A stretch of DNA of 59,908 nt, filler included, from Nemertoderma westbladi (lineage: Eukaryota > Animalia > Xenacoelomorpha), in the NCBI GenBank assembly GCA_032718475.1. It is 3 parts of 3 records of this genome, joined end to end, with 100 filler letters (N's around TTAATTAATTAA, not from the genome) between each part and the next. Parts side by side here need not be neighbours in the genome. Positions count along the whole stretch, not along the records: positions 1 to 26,256 come from JAUCBJ010005817.1; positions 26,357 to 53,051 come from JAUCBJ010002242.1; 1 more part is not named here. One strand, 5' to 3'. Numbering within the stretch: position 1 is the first letter of the stretch; every line of letters begins with the position of its first letter. Below the pieces are notes generated by a model. It was not told where the DNA came from. It saw nothing but the letters and a program-made list of their open reading frames with translations, and searched no databases. Shown one piece after another: positions 13,007 through 27,334 of the stretch. The position numbers were made by a program, and so were the translations under genes.

Positions 13007-16000
13007 CGAGTCAATTGACGAAAAAATACATAATATAACGTAAACTATATATATATATAAAGCGTAAACTAGCAATACATAAATTCCGTGATTACTATTA
13101 TCGTCTTAGCAGGACATTGATTTTGCTGTGAGGACAAGCCCTTGACGATCTTGAACTCTGACAGCGGCCTCATGGACAGATACGCATGGAGAGCAGCCAA
13201 TAACTATATCTTACAATAAGATATATAGCTACAGGGACATAAATGCTCATTTTACCTAACATCATTAAAATAGCAATGCTACAGCCAAGATTAACCCCTC
13301 CCGTGTTAGTAATGGCCGAGACCCACTTAGGGTTATTACACTGGCTTCCCAGAGCGGCAGTATAATACACCAACGACATACTAGAATATGTTCAGGCAGA
13401 GATTATTACTTGAAAAGCAAATTCGCTAGGGGCCTTAAATTGATTGGCAATCCGCAATGCTCACATGAGGCCAGAAGCTTACGGTTATACATTTTCTATT
13501 GTAACAGGGTGTGCAGATGACGACACCTTCCCCTTTATACAGTTAAATAATTCGCTGAATTCCCACGGGTCTGTGTCAAGGTCGGTATTAAATCGCTATG
13601 AACTTCATTCCCAGGGACTCGCTGTCTACATAGGCATTAGGAAAGTGAATAAATTAATTAAAAGTCCTGTGAATCTTCCACGGCTTCTCATACTGTACAG
13701 TAATTATTAATTAGTTCACGTGGGACATTTCTATTGATTATAATTATAAAACCATACGATTATAACACATTTATGGTTCAGTATCGAAATATGGCTGTTG
13801 GTAGAATCTTCATCATTATCTGTTTTGGATAAAAATTTGTTAACTTGTAATTATTGTTTAAATTTTTATTTAATTATATTTAATTTTTATAATGCAACAA
13901 TCTAATTATAAAAACAACAATAATAATTGGAAATGAAACCGTTAATCTCAATATCTATTGGGAATATCGTTTATTGGGGATCTGAAAATTAATGTTTTGA
14001 AAAAAAGGGATATTGTAGTTTCGCTCTTTGCATCCATACGAGAACCAACAGTTTTAAAATTACGTAATCTGAGTGGATTTAACATATCATATGAACAACG
14101 TGTACCATTATGTAGAAGAACGAAATATTGATTTGATATCTTCGTATTTTCATATTTGGTAGTCCTTTCCTTTTCCTATGTGATTACTTTTTTGCTAAAA
14201 GTTGCGCAACAAATTCATGTTTGGGGAAAACTGGACGCAATAAAAATTCATCCCTCTCCAGGGGAAATTCGACGCACATAACAGATAATTACTCTCAAAA
14301 ATAAAACTGTAACCTGTCCTATTGTGTTCAGCTTATTGTTTTGGTTAAAATAACGTGCCACTGTAACCTGCTCCTTTCCCTAAATTGAGAATTTAACATA
14401 GAGGCGGGAAATTAATTCACCAAGATGGGATTTGCGTCGAGTTTCAGCCCCTGCCTCGAATGCTGATAATATTGTTAAAAATGAAAGGGAGGAGCAGTTG
14501 AAGATAGCTTTTAACACAGCAAATCATATTATTTACGATTCTCGGATAGAAAGTGACCAACAATTCCGGTGGGATTTTATCCTCCACGAAATTGAAAAAT
14601 TTACCAAAGAGTGATTTTTATATTAGTTTCACATAGGAACTACGATGTATCTCATTAACTTACAGCCGTGGAAAATAATGGATTCGTAGATTTTCATTTG
14701 GTAAAATCTATGGAGTAAATTAAATTGTACCCTCGACAAATAATGTACAACTCAAGGATGATTGGTATTACTAACCGAGAGCAAACCGGCTCCTACGTGT
14801 AGATGCGGAATAGTGAGTGGTGCATGATCAGAACAGACCACACCATGTTATGGGGACTTATTCTGTAGATGGCTTACAGCCAAGAACGCCCCAGGCTAGT
14901 TCCTTTAGTAAAGGATAATTACTTTAGCTTCCTTCATATCATCCAACACCAGCTAAGTTTAAATTTTTCAGCTTATTATAAATGCAATTAAATTTTTTAA
15001 TCTACTGTACAGCTCCATCACGAACGTTGTGGACCTGCATTTCATATATATCTGTTCAAAAAGAATAATGGTTTAAATAAAAATCAACTGACGTTCAATC
15101 ATTTAAAAAATGGTTTTATAGTTTATGAGCTTACGATAATTCTTTTTATCTTTTCAAATATAGACGATATTAAATTGAAAGTAGATCACAATTAAACATT
15201 TTAGTAGTACTGTAACCTAGGTAATTTACAGTACAGTATACTTGTTTTTAAGGGTTGAAAACCTCTATAAAATTAAACATTCAGTTGATTTTTATTTAAT
15301 CCATTATTTTTGTAATATTATACTATTATATATTGGTAATATTTTTGTTTTTTAATTAATATTCTATTAATTCTGTTCATATATATTTGAAGATATTCAT
15401 TTGAATTATTTTAAGGGGAACCTCTTATAAAATAATTTTTCTAATTGTAACTTTTTAAAATGTCATATATTTTAGCGGGTATTTATTTGTTAAACCGACT
15501 CATATATATATTAATATTTAGCTGTAATTACATATATATATTATTAATCCAGCTACATTGTAATAATATTGTATGTATTAACAATTAATTGAATTCACAT
15601 AGTTGCATGACGTCAGCATGTATATTTAAACATTTAACCTCCCCAATTACACTTCTGACCTTTTTTATTTCTCACAGAGGTAGCACAGAGTAGCGTCCTA
15701 CATGCAGTTGCTAACTTTATTTAATATGAAAAACTCATTAATGATCCGACTTTGGAGTTAAAATATTCTTGATAACGGCATCGCTCGATCTTAATGATTC
15801 ATGATTGACAAGTTTTGACGAGTTAGCTTTGCTCGAGCTGAGCCCTTTCCCTTACATGGTAATTAAGCGGAGGAATATCACTCGTCCTCAGTAAGAGAAG
15901 ATGGAGGTGTTGTTGGTTTTCTATTCGCTAAGTTGGAGCAGCCGTTGTGATGTGATATGAAGAGACATGTTGAACCATTTCTTATCGCAGGATTAATCCT

Positions 16001-16311
16001 CGAAGTTCAATCATTGAACAATTGTGGAAATTTACTCTTCGGAAATTAATTAAGATATTTTGTTATTGGAATCGAACAAATAATAAGGATTATAGTGAAT
16101 TTCATAATATATGAATTCATTGCAACTACTGATAGATTACTACAACGCGAAGGCATTTCTAAGGCACTAGGATAATAACTTTATATATTAAGATTAATGG
16201 GAAACAATAAAAGGTGGAACAACCACCCTCCCCCGGATCAATATTGTTACGTCATCTTCCCATGCCTCTAATCTATATAACATGTTTGTAATATGAAAGG
16301 GGGTGGGGGGG

Positions 16312-17958
16312 TTGGAACTAAGTTCGCTTCCATTTGAACTAAGTTCTCTTCCATATGAACTAAGTTCGCCTCCATTGGAACTAAGTTCGTTTCCATAGGA
16401 ACCAAGTTCGCCTCCATTGGAACTGAGTTCGCTTCCATAGGAACTAAGTTCGCTTCCATTGGAACTAAGTTCGCTTCCATAGGAACTAAGTTCGCCTCCA
16501 TCGCTTCCATTGGAACTAAGTTCTCTTCCATAGGAACTAAGTTCGCCTCCATTGGAACTAAGTTCGCTTCCATAGGAACTAAGTTCGCTTCCATTGGAAC
16601 TAAGTTCGCTTCCATTGGAACTAAGTTCACTTCCATTGGAACTAAGTTCGCCTCCATTGGAACTAAGTTTGCTTTAATTGGAACTACGTTCACTTCCATT
16701 GGAACTAAGTTCACTTCCATTGGAACTAAGTTCGCCTCCAGTGGAACTAAATTCGCTTTTATTGGAACTAAGTTCGTTTCCATTGAAACTAAGTTCGATC
16801 CATTGAAACTAAGTTCGCTTCCTTTGGAACTTAGTTCGATTCCATTGGAACTAAGTTCGTTTCCATTGGAACTAAGTTCACTTCCTTTGGAACTAAGTTC
16901 GCTTCCATTGGAACTAAGTTCACTTCCATTGGAACTAAGTTCGCCTCCATTGGAACTAAGTTTGCTTTAATTGGAACTACGTTCACTTCCATTGGAACTA
17001 GGTTCACTTCCATTGGAACTAAGTTCGCCTCCATTGGAACTAAATTCGTTTTTGTTGGAATTAAGTTAGTTTCCATTGAAACTAAGTTCGCTTCCATTGA
17101 AACTAAGTTCGCTTCCTTTGGAACTAAGTTCGCTTCCATTGGAACTAAGTTCACTTCCATTGGAACTAAGTTCGCCTCCATTGGAACTAAGTTCGCCTAC
17201 ATTGGTATTAAGTTCGCTTCCATTGGAACTAAGTTCACTTCCATTGGAACTTAGTTCGCTTCTATTGGAACTAAGTTCGTTTCTATTGGAACTAAGTTCA
17301 CTTCCATTGGAACTAAGTTCGCCTCCATTGGAACTAAGTTCGCCTACATTGGTATTAAGTTCGCTTCCATTGGAACTAAGTTCACTTCCATTGGAACTAA
17401 GTTCGCTTCTATTGGAACTAAGTTCGTTTATATTGGAACTAAGTTCACTTCCATTGGAACTAAGTTCGCCTCCATTGGAACTAAGTTCACTTCCATTGGA
17501 ACTAAGTTCGCCTCCATTGGAACTAAGTTTGCTTAAATTGGAACTAAGTTCACTTCCATTGGAACTAAGTTCACTTCCATTGGAAATAAGTTCGCCTCCA
17601 TTGGAACTAAATTCGCTTTTATTGGAACTAAGTTAGTTTCCATTGAAACTAAGTTCGCTTCCATTGAAACTAAGTTCGCTTCCGTTGGAACTAAGTTCGC
17701 TTCCATTGGAACTAAGTTCACTTCCATTAGAACTAAGTTCGCCTCCATTGGAACTAATTTCGCCTCCATTGGTATTAAGTTCGCTTCCATTGGAACTAAG
17801 TTCACTTCCATTGGAACTAAGTTTGCTTCCATTGGAACCAAGTTCGCTTCCATTGGAACTAAGTTCACTTCCATTGGAACTAAGTTCGCTTTCATTGGAA
17901 CTAAGTTCGCTTCCATTGGAACTAAGTTCGCCTCCATTGAAACTAAGTTATCTTCCAT
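16312..17958. repeat. 21-bp minisatellite, ~78 copies
   Basis: Unit GGAACTAAGTTCGCTTCCATT with an internal dyad GAACT-A-AGTTC. It produces the MEANLVP and LELSSLP ORFs. Confidence 0.97.
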
Positions 17959-19135
17959 CGCGATACGTTGTTTTTGCTGAGTGATGCATGGATCTACCAG
18001 CGGGAGAGACAATGACTCAGTATGACAATTAACAGCCAATAGTGGCAGATAATATCCCAGGGTTTGTTGCTAAACATGCGCAGCACGAGTGCCCTGCGAG
18101 GGGTTCCTGTATGGTTTTCATTTCTTTCAGATAGACAACATACATGTCAATAAAAAGCTGCAGGTTTTTGACCTGTCCGAGTATTTATTCGCGTCTTATG
18201 TTATGCGATTTTATAACCTACATATTGTATTAATACAGTTTCGTATTTATTGTACCTGTACCAGTTGTATAATGTAATTCCAAAAGCTAGACTACTCAAG
18301 AATAATTCAAACTATATTCCAGCTGGGACAGGATTTTTGTGTTACAAGTCAAGAAAGTTAAGTAGATTATTATTCAATAAAAATGACAATATCAGTTTAT
18401 GACGTTATGGTGTTATTAAATTAATGTTAAAAGTCAGTCCATATGTTTGTTCTGTTTCATTTCCCATGCCAGTTATCCCACTGTGTCAAACACTATATCT
18501 GAAATGAACGAGAAGTCATTGTGTCTACATCTGTTTCATGTTGCCAACTTCCGCTTTGCTAGAAAATATCCGCCCCAAAATTAAAAAAAATATAGTTTTT
18601 AAACGCATGAATGGATCCTAGCAAACTGGCAATAATCGTATCAACAGATTGCAATTCGAAACGAAACACATGTCCGCAAAGGCAAAGTGGCAACGGGATG
18701 ATCGACAATTCAGAAAAACTCACCGTGAGAACTTTTGTGAAAATATGTTAGGGAATTCTTGGTAAATCAAACTCATCAAATTTTGTAAACGCTACATGAT
18801 ATATTTTGAGGAATAGCAAATGTTCCTTGATGGATATATGTTTATCTATAATTTCTTTATAATAAACGAGATATTTACACAGTATGGTATTAGGTAATCC
18901 TTTTGCTTATATCAAGCCCTGCTGGATAATTATCCTAGTACTTATTCGCTTGGCGTGTTCGGTTTCTTAATCCAAAGTTTGATGGATATGTCGCACAGTA
19001 AGTGGTTTTAAGCGTGGGGCTTTAATATTGTATGAATTTGGAGATTTTTTCAATAAATTTATTGATACTTAGAATGGCAATTGGTTAGAGAGAAAACATT
19101 TTATTCTAGATAATAAACAAATAGTATAGAATTGT

Positions 19136-20820
19136 AGAATCTTTTAGGCTCAATAACCAAAGAAATGACTGTTCCCACTATGGGTGATCTTCCACATTAA
19201 ACCCTTCTACACTGTTTCCTAAAGGAATGCCTGTTCACCACCATGGGTAATCTTCCACAGTAAACCCTTCCACTCTGTTTCCTAAAGGAATCCCTGTTCA
19301 CAACCATGGGTGATCTTCCACCTTAAACCCTTCCTCTCTGTTTCCCAAAGGAAGGCCTGTTCACCACCATGGGTGATCTTCCACAGTAAACCCTTCCACT
19401 CTGTTTCCTAAAGGAATGCCTGTTCACCACCATGGCTAATCTTCCACAGTAAACCCTTCCACTCTGTTTCCTAAAGTGATGCCTGTTCACCACCATGGGT
19501 GATCTTCCACAGTAAATCCTTCTACTGTGTTTCCTAAAGGAATGCCTGTTCACCCCCATGGGTGATCTTCCACAGTAAACCCTTCCACTCTGTTTCCTAA
19601 AGGAATGCCTGTTCACCACCATGGGTGATCTTCCACAGTAAATCCTTCCACTCTGTTTCCTAAAGGAATGCCTGTTCACCACCATGGTTGTTCTTCACCG
19701 GTAAACCCTTCCATTCTGTTTCCTAAAGGAATGCCTGTTCACCGCTATGGGTGATCTTCCACAGTAAACCCTTCCACTCTGTTTCCTAAAGGAGTGCCTG
19801 ATCACCACCATGGGTGATCTTCCACAGTAAACCCGTCCACTCTGTTTCCTAAAGGAATGCCTGTTCATCACCATGGGTGATCATCCACAGTAAACCCTTC
19901 CAATCTGTTACCTAAAGGAATGCCTGTTCACCACCATGGGTGATCTTCCACAGTAAACCCTTTCATTCTGTTACCTAAAGGAATGCCTGTTCACCGCTAG
20001 GGTTGATCTTCCACAGTAAACCCTTCCACTCTGTTTCCTAAAGGAATGCCTGTTCACAACCATGGGTGATCTTCTACAGTAAACCCGTCCACTCCGTTTC
20101 CTAAAGGAGTGCCTGTTTACCACCATGGGTGATCTTCCACAGTAAACCCTTCCCCTCTGTTTCCTAAAGGAATGCCTGTTCACCACCATGGGTGATCTTC
20201 CACAGTAAATCCTTCCAATCTGTTACCTAAAGGAATGCCTGTTCACCACCATGGGTGATCTTCCACAGTAAACCCTTTCATTCTGTTACCTAAAGGAATG
20301 CCTGTTCACCGCTAGGGTTGATCTTCCACAGTAAACCCTTCCACTCTGTTTCCTAAAGGAATGCCTGTTCACAACCATGGGTGATCTTCCACAGTAAACC
20401 CGTCCACTCCGTTTCCTAAAGGAGTGCCTGTTTACCACCATGGGTGATCTTCCACAGTAAACCCTCCACTCTGTTTCTTAAAGGAATGCCTGTTCAACGC
20501 TATGGGTGATGCTCCACAGTAAACCCTTCCACTCTGTTTCCTAAAGGAATGCCTGTTCACCACCATGGGTGATCTTCCACAGTAAACCCGTCCACTCTGT
20601 TTCCTAAAGGAGTGCCTGTTTACCACCATGGGTGATCTTCCACAGTAAACCCTTCCGCTCTGTTTCTTAAAGGAATGCCTGTTCACCGCTATGGGTGATG
20701 TTCCACAGTAAACCCTTCCACTCCGTTTCCCAAAAGAATGCCTGTTCACCGCTATGGGTGATGTTTCCCAGTGAACCCTTCCACTCTGTTTCCCAAAAGA
20801 ATGCCTGTTCACCACTATGT
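19136..20820. repeat. 60-bp minisatellite (~27 copies) amplified from a dispersed repeat
   Basis: Unit AAGGAATGCCTGTTCACCACCATGGGTGATCTTCCACAGTAAACCCTTCCACTCTGTTTCCTA, preceded by the AGAATCTTTTAGGCTC head also seen at ~1213 and ~51935. Confidence 0.95.
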
Positions 20821-23800
20821 GTAAAATACTAGTGGTAGTACCACTAGTAAAAAATGCAGTACCCTACTGTTATACCAGCACAGCCCCTACTACAGTACAG
20901 TTGATCACCCCCCCCCCCCCCCCCTCGACATGAAAAATAAAACACAATACTATAAGAACCTGTAAAGCAATACAATTATAAATAAACTTAAAATACAACT
21001 TTTAGGCACTCTTGTGATTTACCGTGCCAATTTAGCTACTTTTTTTTTTACAATTTTTTATGTGTATGAAAATAATAATAATTCATTTGCATTATATTTA
21101 AAGGACACCATAAAAAGAAATAGTGTGTGTAACAGTGTGGTTTATTCTAGATAAAACAAAACCATTGAATTATAATTTAGGTTTCATATTTACAATTAGC
21201 TAAACATTCCAGAATATATTATCAGATAAAATAGATGGTTAAGCAAGCATACCGTCCCACAATCAATTAGCCAACAATACTTTAGATATTAGGTTGTCTT
21301 ATTATTTCTACAAATTAATTAGTTTAGAATTCTAGATTTCGAAACTAGCTAATGTTCTAGAATATCTAAGTAGTAATAAAATTTAGAAGAAAATAAATAA
21401 AAATGAAAATTGATTGAAATTTTCACGAAATATTTATTTTTCGATTTACCTAAAATTTCGAAGTTTAGCTAGTAAATTCCAGCTGCATTGTATATGACCC
21501 CATGCTGGCTCACACGTGAGTTTTATTCTAGGTAAACAATGATATATGAAGGGATAGTACATTTGGCCTTATAGTTGAATATATGTATATATTACAAAAT
21601 ATCAATACAGCGGCCAGAATCAAATGCCCCTTAAGCTGCAGTAACAATGAATACATTTGTTTGACTTTCAGTTGATTATCATTTCCCAGTGGTACCGGTA
21701 TGGTATTTATTTACTACACCAGTATATACTGCAGGCAGAAATATTTGAGCTTGGGGCAAGGCTGTATGAAGCAGCAATTAGTCGGAAAGAATAGGCTTAC
21801 TGATTGCAATCCAAAATCTATTGTCAGTCATATTGATCCATTCCGTATTTATCCCATGGCATGCTCTCTTGGAAAGTTACATACATGCACTTTCACAAAA
21901 TTGTATTTAAATGTAATTTTTAGCATTCTAATTGGCTATGTCTGGAGACATATTGTTGGAACAAAAACGAGAAAGAATATTACATTTGTAGGCCTAACAT
22001 TTGCGGGTAGATTCGAGTAACATTAACTGGATTTTAACAAGGGTAAATGGGGAAAGTCAGATTTTCATAGTTTAAACTGAGGTAAAAGCTAATTCGATTT
22101 TAAACTATTTTTACATAAAATTTGATTTAAATTTAAAGAAAAAAAACCTTAAAAAAATATGCCTGTTGAGACCAAATTTATAATATCACCATCTGACAGG
22201 AACTGCAACATATATTGAATACCTAAAAATATTCATGTTCGCAAAAACACTAGTTATTATATCTGATATTATAACAGTACACGTCGCATGTTACATTGGG
22301 TAAATGATAACAAACAAACCCAAATTAAAAAAAAAACAGTTATTCTGAATGGAGAAAAGTAACTTCCATCATATTTTGTTAATCTGACTGATTTTCTTCC
22401 TCCTATATAAATTACGCTCGCTATAATTAGCGACCCATTCCCCTGCCGTGCGCTGCCTCGTCTTTGTTTCTTGTTGAACTCCTACGTTTCATGTTGCAGT
22501 AATTTGGGGAAGAAGGTCGTTACCTGTATCAGATATCTGGATCAAATTAATAGCATCTCCTCCACCCAACTCAATGTAGGTTCGGCATCTCCTTTCCTCT
22601 TATCTTAAACTCAACCTGAATTCCAAACTAACCAAGCAATAATGTTGCCTGGGATGAATTTAAGTTTAATTACAGGGAATACAGGGAATACAGTGACTTA
22701 AAGCAACTAATTGCGCAGTAAGGCAACAGGCTGAACAGATTTAATTTTTTTATTATGACGTAAACAATTAATTTTGGCATTTGTTACCCCTGTTGTTGAC
22801 GCCGAGTTAAAAGCATGACATTAGAATTGTTGCAAAAATACATAGAAGTTCAACCATTCTTATTATTTTTAATGTGCATTATGAAAATGTGCAATACAAT
22901 ATGCAATGCAATAGGGTAATATCAATAAAATTAACACTTTAATAGAGTGAATACTGATATTTTATGGTGTTTTACCTGTTGATTCAAAATCAGTAAAAAA
23001 CTTCGGAGTTAGTTGACAAATGAGATGAGCGAGTTTAAGGATTCAATTGCTAAATTCATCTTAGTTTAAATCAATGGTATTGGACTGTTAAATTTTACTA
23101 GCAGCGATTGTACCCTGATATAGGCCCATGCTTGAGCAATCGAAATTCACAACCAAAATGTAGTCTTTTAGAACATTCAGAAATAGACGATGCCATAACT
23201 ACTGAGTATTATTTGGGCACCACCCACTGTTTCTGGCATTAAACCTCAATCATCAGTATTAAATAATTACTATCCATACACCCTAATATCATGCCACTGG
23301 AGCCCTTATATTTCGCTACCATCAGTACTATTTTACTCATCAAGAGATGTTCTGTTCACTGCACATAGTGCATCACAATAATCGAGAGAAAATGAGAAAA
23401 CTTGTCACTGCTGCTTATCCAATGCATGCCCTCTTCACTTAGCAGTTGTAAAAACAAATGTTATGAAAACATATATACTGTAATTTGATTGCAGAAATAA
23501 TCCTTTCAAGGATCACACAACCCTCGAAGATATTAAATATTTGTGGACCATACAGGAAGGCATTGAATAAGTGTCTTTTATTGATTTACTTTCTCTTGTA
23601 TTTTCTTTGATAATTCCTCAATTATCTACAGAAGCTGTTTCCCCGGCTTTTTTTAGCCCATTCTGAACCCATTTTGTTTGCCACACATAAGCCTAGTAAC
23701 ATGATTTTTTAAAATCTCCAATCCAGTTGGGTATTATTTATTACATTGAATAGCTTAGCGGCATTCGATATCAGACTGATGCCAGGAAAGGACCATTAAC

Positions 23801-23935
23801 ATGTTAGGTGTCCATTCTTTGGGATAATAAATAATCAGGCTGTCCGATTTTATTGTGGTGTGATGTAATTTAATTAATTTAATATCTGCAAGAGTTGTGT
23901 GAATTAATACATCGCATTCATTATTACCTACATTA

Positions 23936-24242
23936 AGGCCCGATCACATCCAACGGAACGGTGCACCGCGCGGTGTACCGCAGAGCCAACGGTACACCGC
24001 TGACTGTGAACGACCCCACAGGTAGTTGTGCGCTAAACCGCGCGGTTTACCGCAGCGCATTTAAACAATGTTAAAACAATTAATGTAATTTCCTGTTGAA
24101 TTCACAGGCGACAGATATATAATCAGTTACCGCAACGGTACTGTTGGGTGTGAACGGGATCCGGGTAGTGTACCGCTGGCTTACTGCTCCAATACCGCCA
24201 GACTACTTTACCGCTCACGCACCGTTGGATGTGAACGGTCCT
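23936..24242. mobile_element. PIF/Harbinger-type MITE
   Basis: TIRs AGGCCCGATCACATCCAACGG / CCGTTGGATGTGAACGGTCCT with a TTA duplication on both sides. Confidence 0.8.
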
Positions 24243-25384
24243 TTAACGGCACATGCGTTATTGTTTTTGATATAAAGTTTCTTAAAAGAACAAAATATTG
24301 GGGCAGTTTCTCAAAGTGAGCATCACCATGGACGTAGTGTGCCATGTCTGTTACTATGTCAGTTACATGGAATTTTCTTCCAAGGATAAGATTGTGTACC
24401 TAGTTGTTTTTGAAGTTTTATCATACAGACAAGGTCACTGATTTGAGGAGTAGATTTGATTCGGATCCAACAATACAGCCTCATCTTCATCATTGCCTGC
24501 ACTTGATTTACTCAATCTCTACATCCATTATGATTCTTCTAGCTCTTTCCTTTGATTTGGAATAATGTGTTTGTAAGCCCAGTAGCATTATTCTGTATGA
24601 CATGACATGGACATGCCGTTGTACATGGAGATGCCGTTGTACATGGAGATGCCGTTGTACATGGACATGGACATGACATGCCATGCTATGTCACGGAGTT
24701 GGAAAAACAGAAAAACCTTAAGGGGGGGGGGGGGGGGGGGGGGGGGGGTAATAAAAGTTAACTGTAAAAGTTAATAGCCAAAACGTAAGAGATAGTCTGA
24801 TTTTTGACAAGCCTTCGAGCAGCACGATGTTTTACTTTGAATGAGGCTGGCTCTTTGAGCTAAAGATTGAATGTGGAAATAAAAATCACTCGATTAGAGT
24901 ATACATGACCTGACCTGACCTTTTGCATGTTTCTGTCATGGGCCTTGGGACAACAATATATTATTTATTTCCTTGCCACATTGACAAGGCAGATCATTTA
25001 AAGGATTTATATAATTTTATATAAATTCATATTATGAAATCTCACCAAAAATAATCAACAATAGTTTCAATTGCAGGTTGTTCCGTATTGCTTCAACTTT
25101 AGAATATAGTTTTGATCATATTTCCTCAAATATCCAATACAATGTTCTGATCGTTGTAACCTTATTTGTAGTTTCCCACCACGTTCTTAGAAAAACGAAC
25201 ACTTTTTCATAAAGTGCTACTTTATAAATAAATTTTACAAAGTGCTACTTTATGTATATTAATAATTATTGGAGTTAATATTGTAGTGGGGGAGGTGTTA
25301 ATATTGTAGTGGGGGAGGGCATGAGGATGTTAATTGCACGCAGCAATACAAGAGTTAAGTAGCAATTCCAGATCCATGTTTTGA

Positions 25385-25470
25385 ATCTAGAGCTATCGGC
25401 CTAGCTTCAGAATCTTGAGTTTACCGGTTCGATCCCACCTGACGTCAACGCCGACATTACTAAGCTACCC
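25385..25470 (+). mobile_element. Degraded tRNA-derived SINE head (related copy ~55800-55870)
   Basis: B-box-like GGTTCGATCCC followed by CCTGACGTCAACGCCGAC, shared with the 55.85 kb copy. Confidence 0.45.
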
Positions 25471-26256
25471 TCAAAGAAAATTATATTGTAAATAGTAATA
25501 CTAGTTGGAAGCACAGATCCGCTAAATAATTCGAGTAAAAAATTGGAGGGTTATTATAGTTGTATATACAGTATGTGTTTATTTATTGTATGTGTTTGTT
25601 ACAAATAAAAAAAATTTAATTGTCTAAATTAATTAAATTATTCAATATTTATCTCTATATTGAAGATAATAGTTAATGTATTTTGCCAGGCTCTGTAATA
25701 ATTAATATGTAGTATTATTCTACTACTTTATACTCTAATACTGTAGGAAGGAAGTTATTTATTTTTAAATTAATTTCTGTAACATAATAATTTTCATGAG
25801 GAGAATGAAATTTAATTAAGCGAATATTAATTCACTCAGTGGAGTGGAACTGTACCCAGCTGTGCTACTAAAAGCTTTGTTCAATCATTGAGCCTACGCC
25901 GCCCTACACAACCCTGCTACTGAGAGTAACAACAATAATAAGCGTGCATCCGAGACCATGATGTATTGAGCACATGCGGTAACAGACACAATGATAGAAT
26001 ACAATGTGTTCATTTTATTTCCCAAATCGGATTTTTAATTAATTTCAAGGGTAAGCTCGAGTTTCATTATTGTACGTTTTACAATTTATTATTTAAATGT
26101 GAACAAATGAGCGGTTCCTTGATTGCGGTTGATGCAAGGGTTATAATGAACTTAATATGTAAAGGCAGAAACACACTGGTACATTCTTTCTATGCCGAAA
26201 CGTTCCAAACCACATGCAAGCCCAACAATTTATATAAAAGACCACCAATAAAACAT

Positions 26257-26356
26257 NNNNNNNNNNNNNNNNNNNNNNNNNNNNNNNNNNNNNNNNNNNN
26301 TTAATTAATTAANNNNNNNNNNNNNNNNNNNNNNNNNNNNNNNNNNNNNNNNNNNN
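26257..26356. other. Scaffold gap (44 N + TTAATTAATTAA + 44 N)
   Basis: Synthetic all-frame stop linker, identical to the gap at 53052-53151. Confidence 0.97.
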
Positions 26357-26442
26357 TAAAAGGGGATTATTAATTACGGAATGGGACCAGAGGTCTGAGT
26401 TTGGGGTCTACCCTCGGTTCTAAAACAATCATCTTCTTACTA

Positions 26443-26483
26443 TTTCTAATATATTTCTGCCTCTAGGGCCATCGTCAGAGAAC
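26443..26483 (-). ncRNA. Minimal type I hammerhead ribozyme motif (Penelope-type)
   Basis: Minus strand TTCT-CTGACGA-TGGCCCTAGAGGCA-GAAATATATT-AGAA: CUGANGA and GAAA cores, stem I TTCT/AGAA, stem II GCC/GGC, palindromic ATATAT stem III. Confidence 0.6.
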
Positions 26484-27334
26484 ACTAAACACCGAAATGT
26501 GCACTGCTTGTCGTTATCTCAAGAAAAGGGGATTATGTTCTTCCTCACTGAGGGTTAGTGCAAATACAGGAGTTAATAATATTTAAAATTCATGCTCAAC
26601 TAATATTAATATAACTTGTCCCAGCTGCTATAACCATGATGATAATAATATACCTTCATATTAAATTATGTAAATTTTTACCTTGTGCATTTGGTTGGAG
26701 TATTTTATTAATATGAATATATTGGATTATTTTTTCAGTAACGGTAATGTTATAAGCTGTCAGCGAAGTTTTGTTAATCATAATCAGCAATGTAGTGCTA
26801 CAATTAATTATATGCATAGTTATTACAAAATAAAAGAACATTAAAATGTAATACTAATTCTCACACAATTTCTATTTGGATATACAATTCGCAGATTGTG
26901 GCAGAAAATGATCCAAAATATAAAAAAAAAATTATGTGAGGCTGAAATAGTAAGTGTTCTCAAACACCAAATGGAGTGTATATTGTATGTTTTACATGTA
27001 AAAGCAGAGCGCTGACTTAGTAATTTACTTTATATAAAGTAGCCTGAAACCTGCTCTATTCCCTAAATAGATTTGTTGATTTAGATATAATACAGTCAAT
27101 TCGGAGGAAACAATTTTCGTTAGAATAAGAAATTCAGCCTTGGGATATTAACGCCATGGGATAAGATTGTGAAAGAATGACATTTCAAGCACCATAAGGA
27201 GGATAAATTTACCGGTATGTACAGTAATCACGATGTCTACTTCCTGTAACCTATGGTGTAAGTTGTGCAGTTATAAGGCAGGGGCAATTCTATATCGTCA
27301 ACCTATTCAATTCATACTGCAGTGTACAAACTGT

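Noticed and set aside
14870-14930. AWGVLG T|GTAAGC as a possible end of the missing GPCR exon
   Set aside because: In-frame stop about 12 codons upstream of the Trp, no TM2 and a poor acceptor.
16268-18039. MEANLVP and LELSSLP repeat ORFs
   Set aside because: By-products of a 21-bp minisatellite, with scattered stops and no splice or domain context.
19323-20815. Repeat ORFs and CRISPR-like periodicity
   Set aside because: Head-to-tail units with no unique spacers and no cas genes, in a eukaryotic context.
26301-26312. TTAATTAATTAA palindrome within Ns (also 53096-53107)
   Set aside because: Artificial scaffolding linker.
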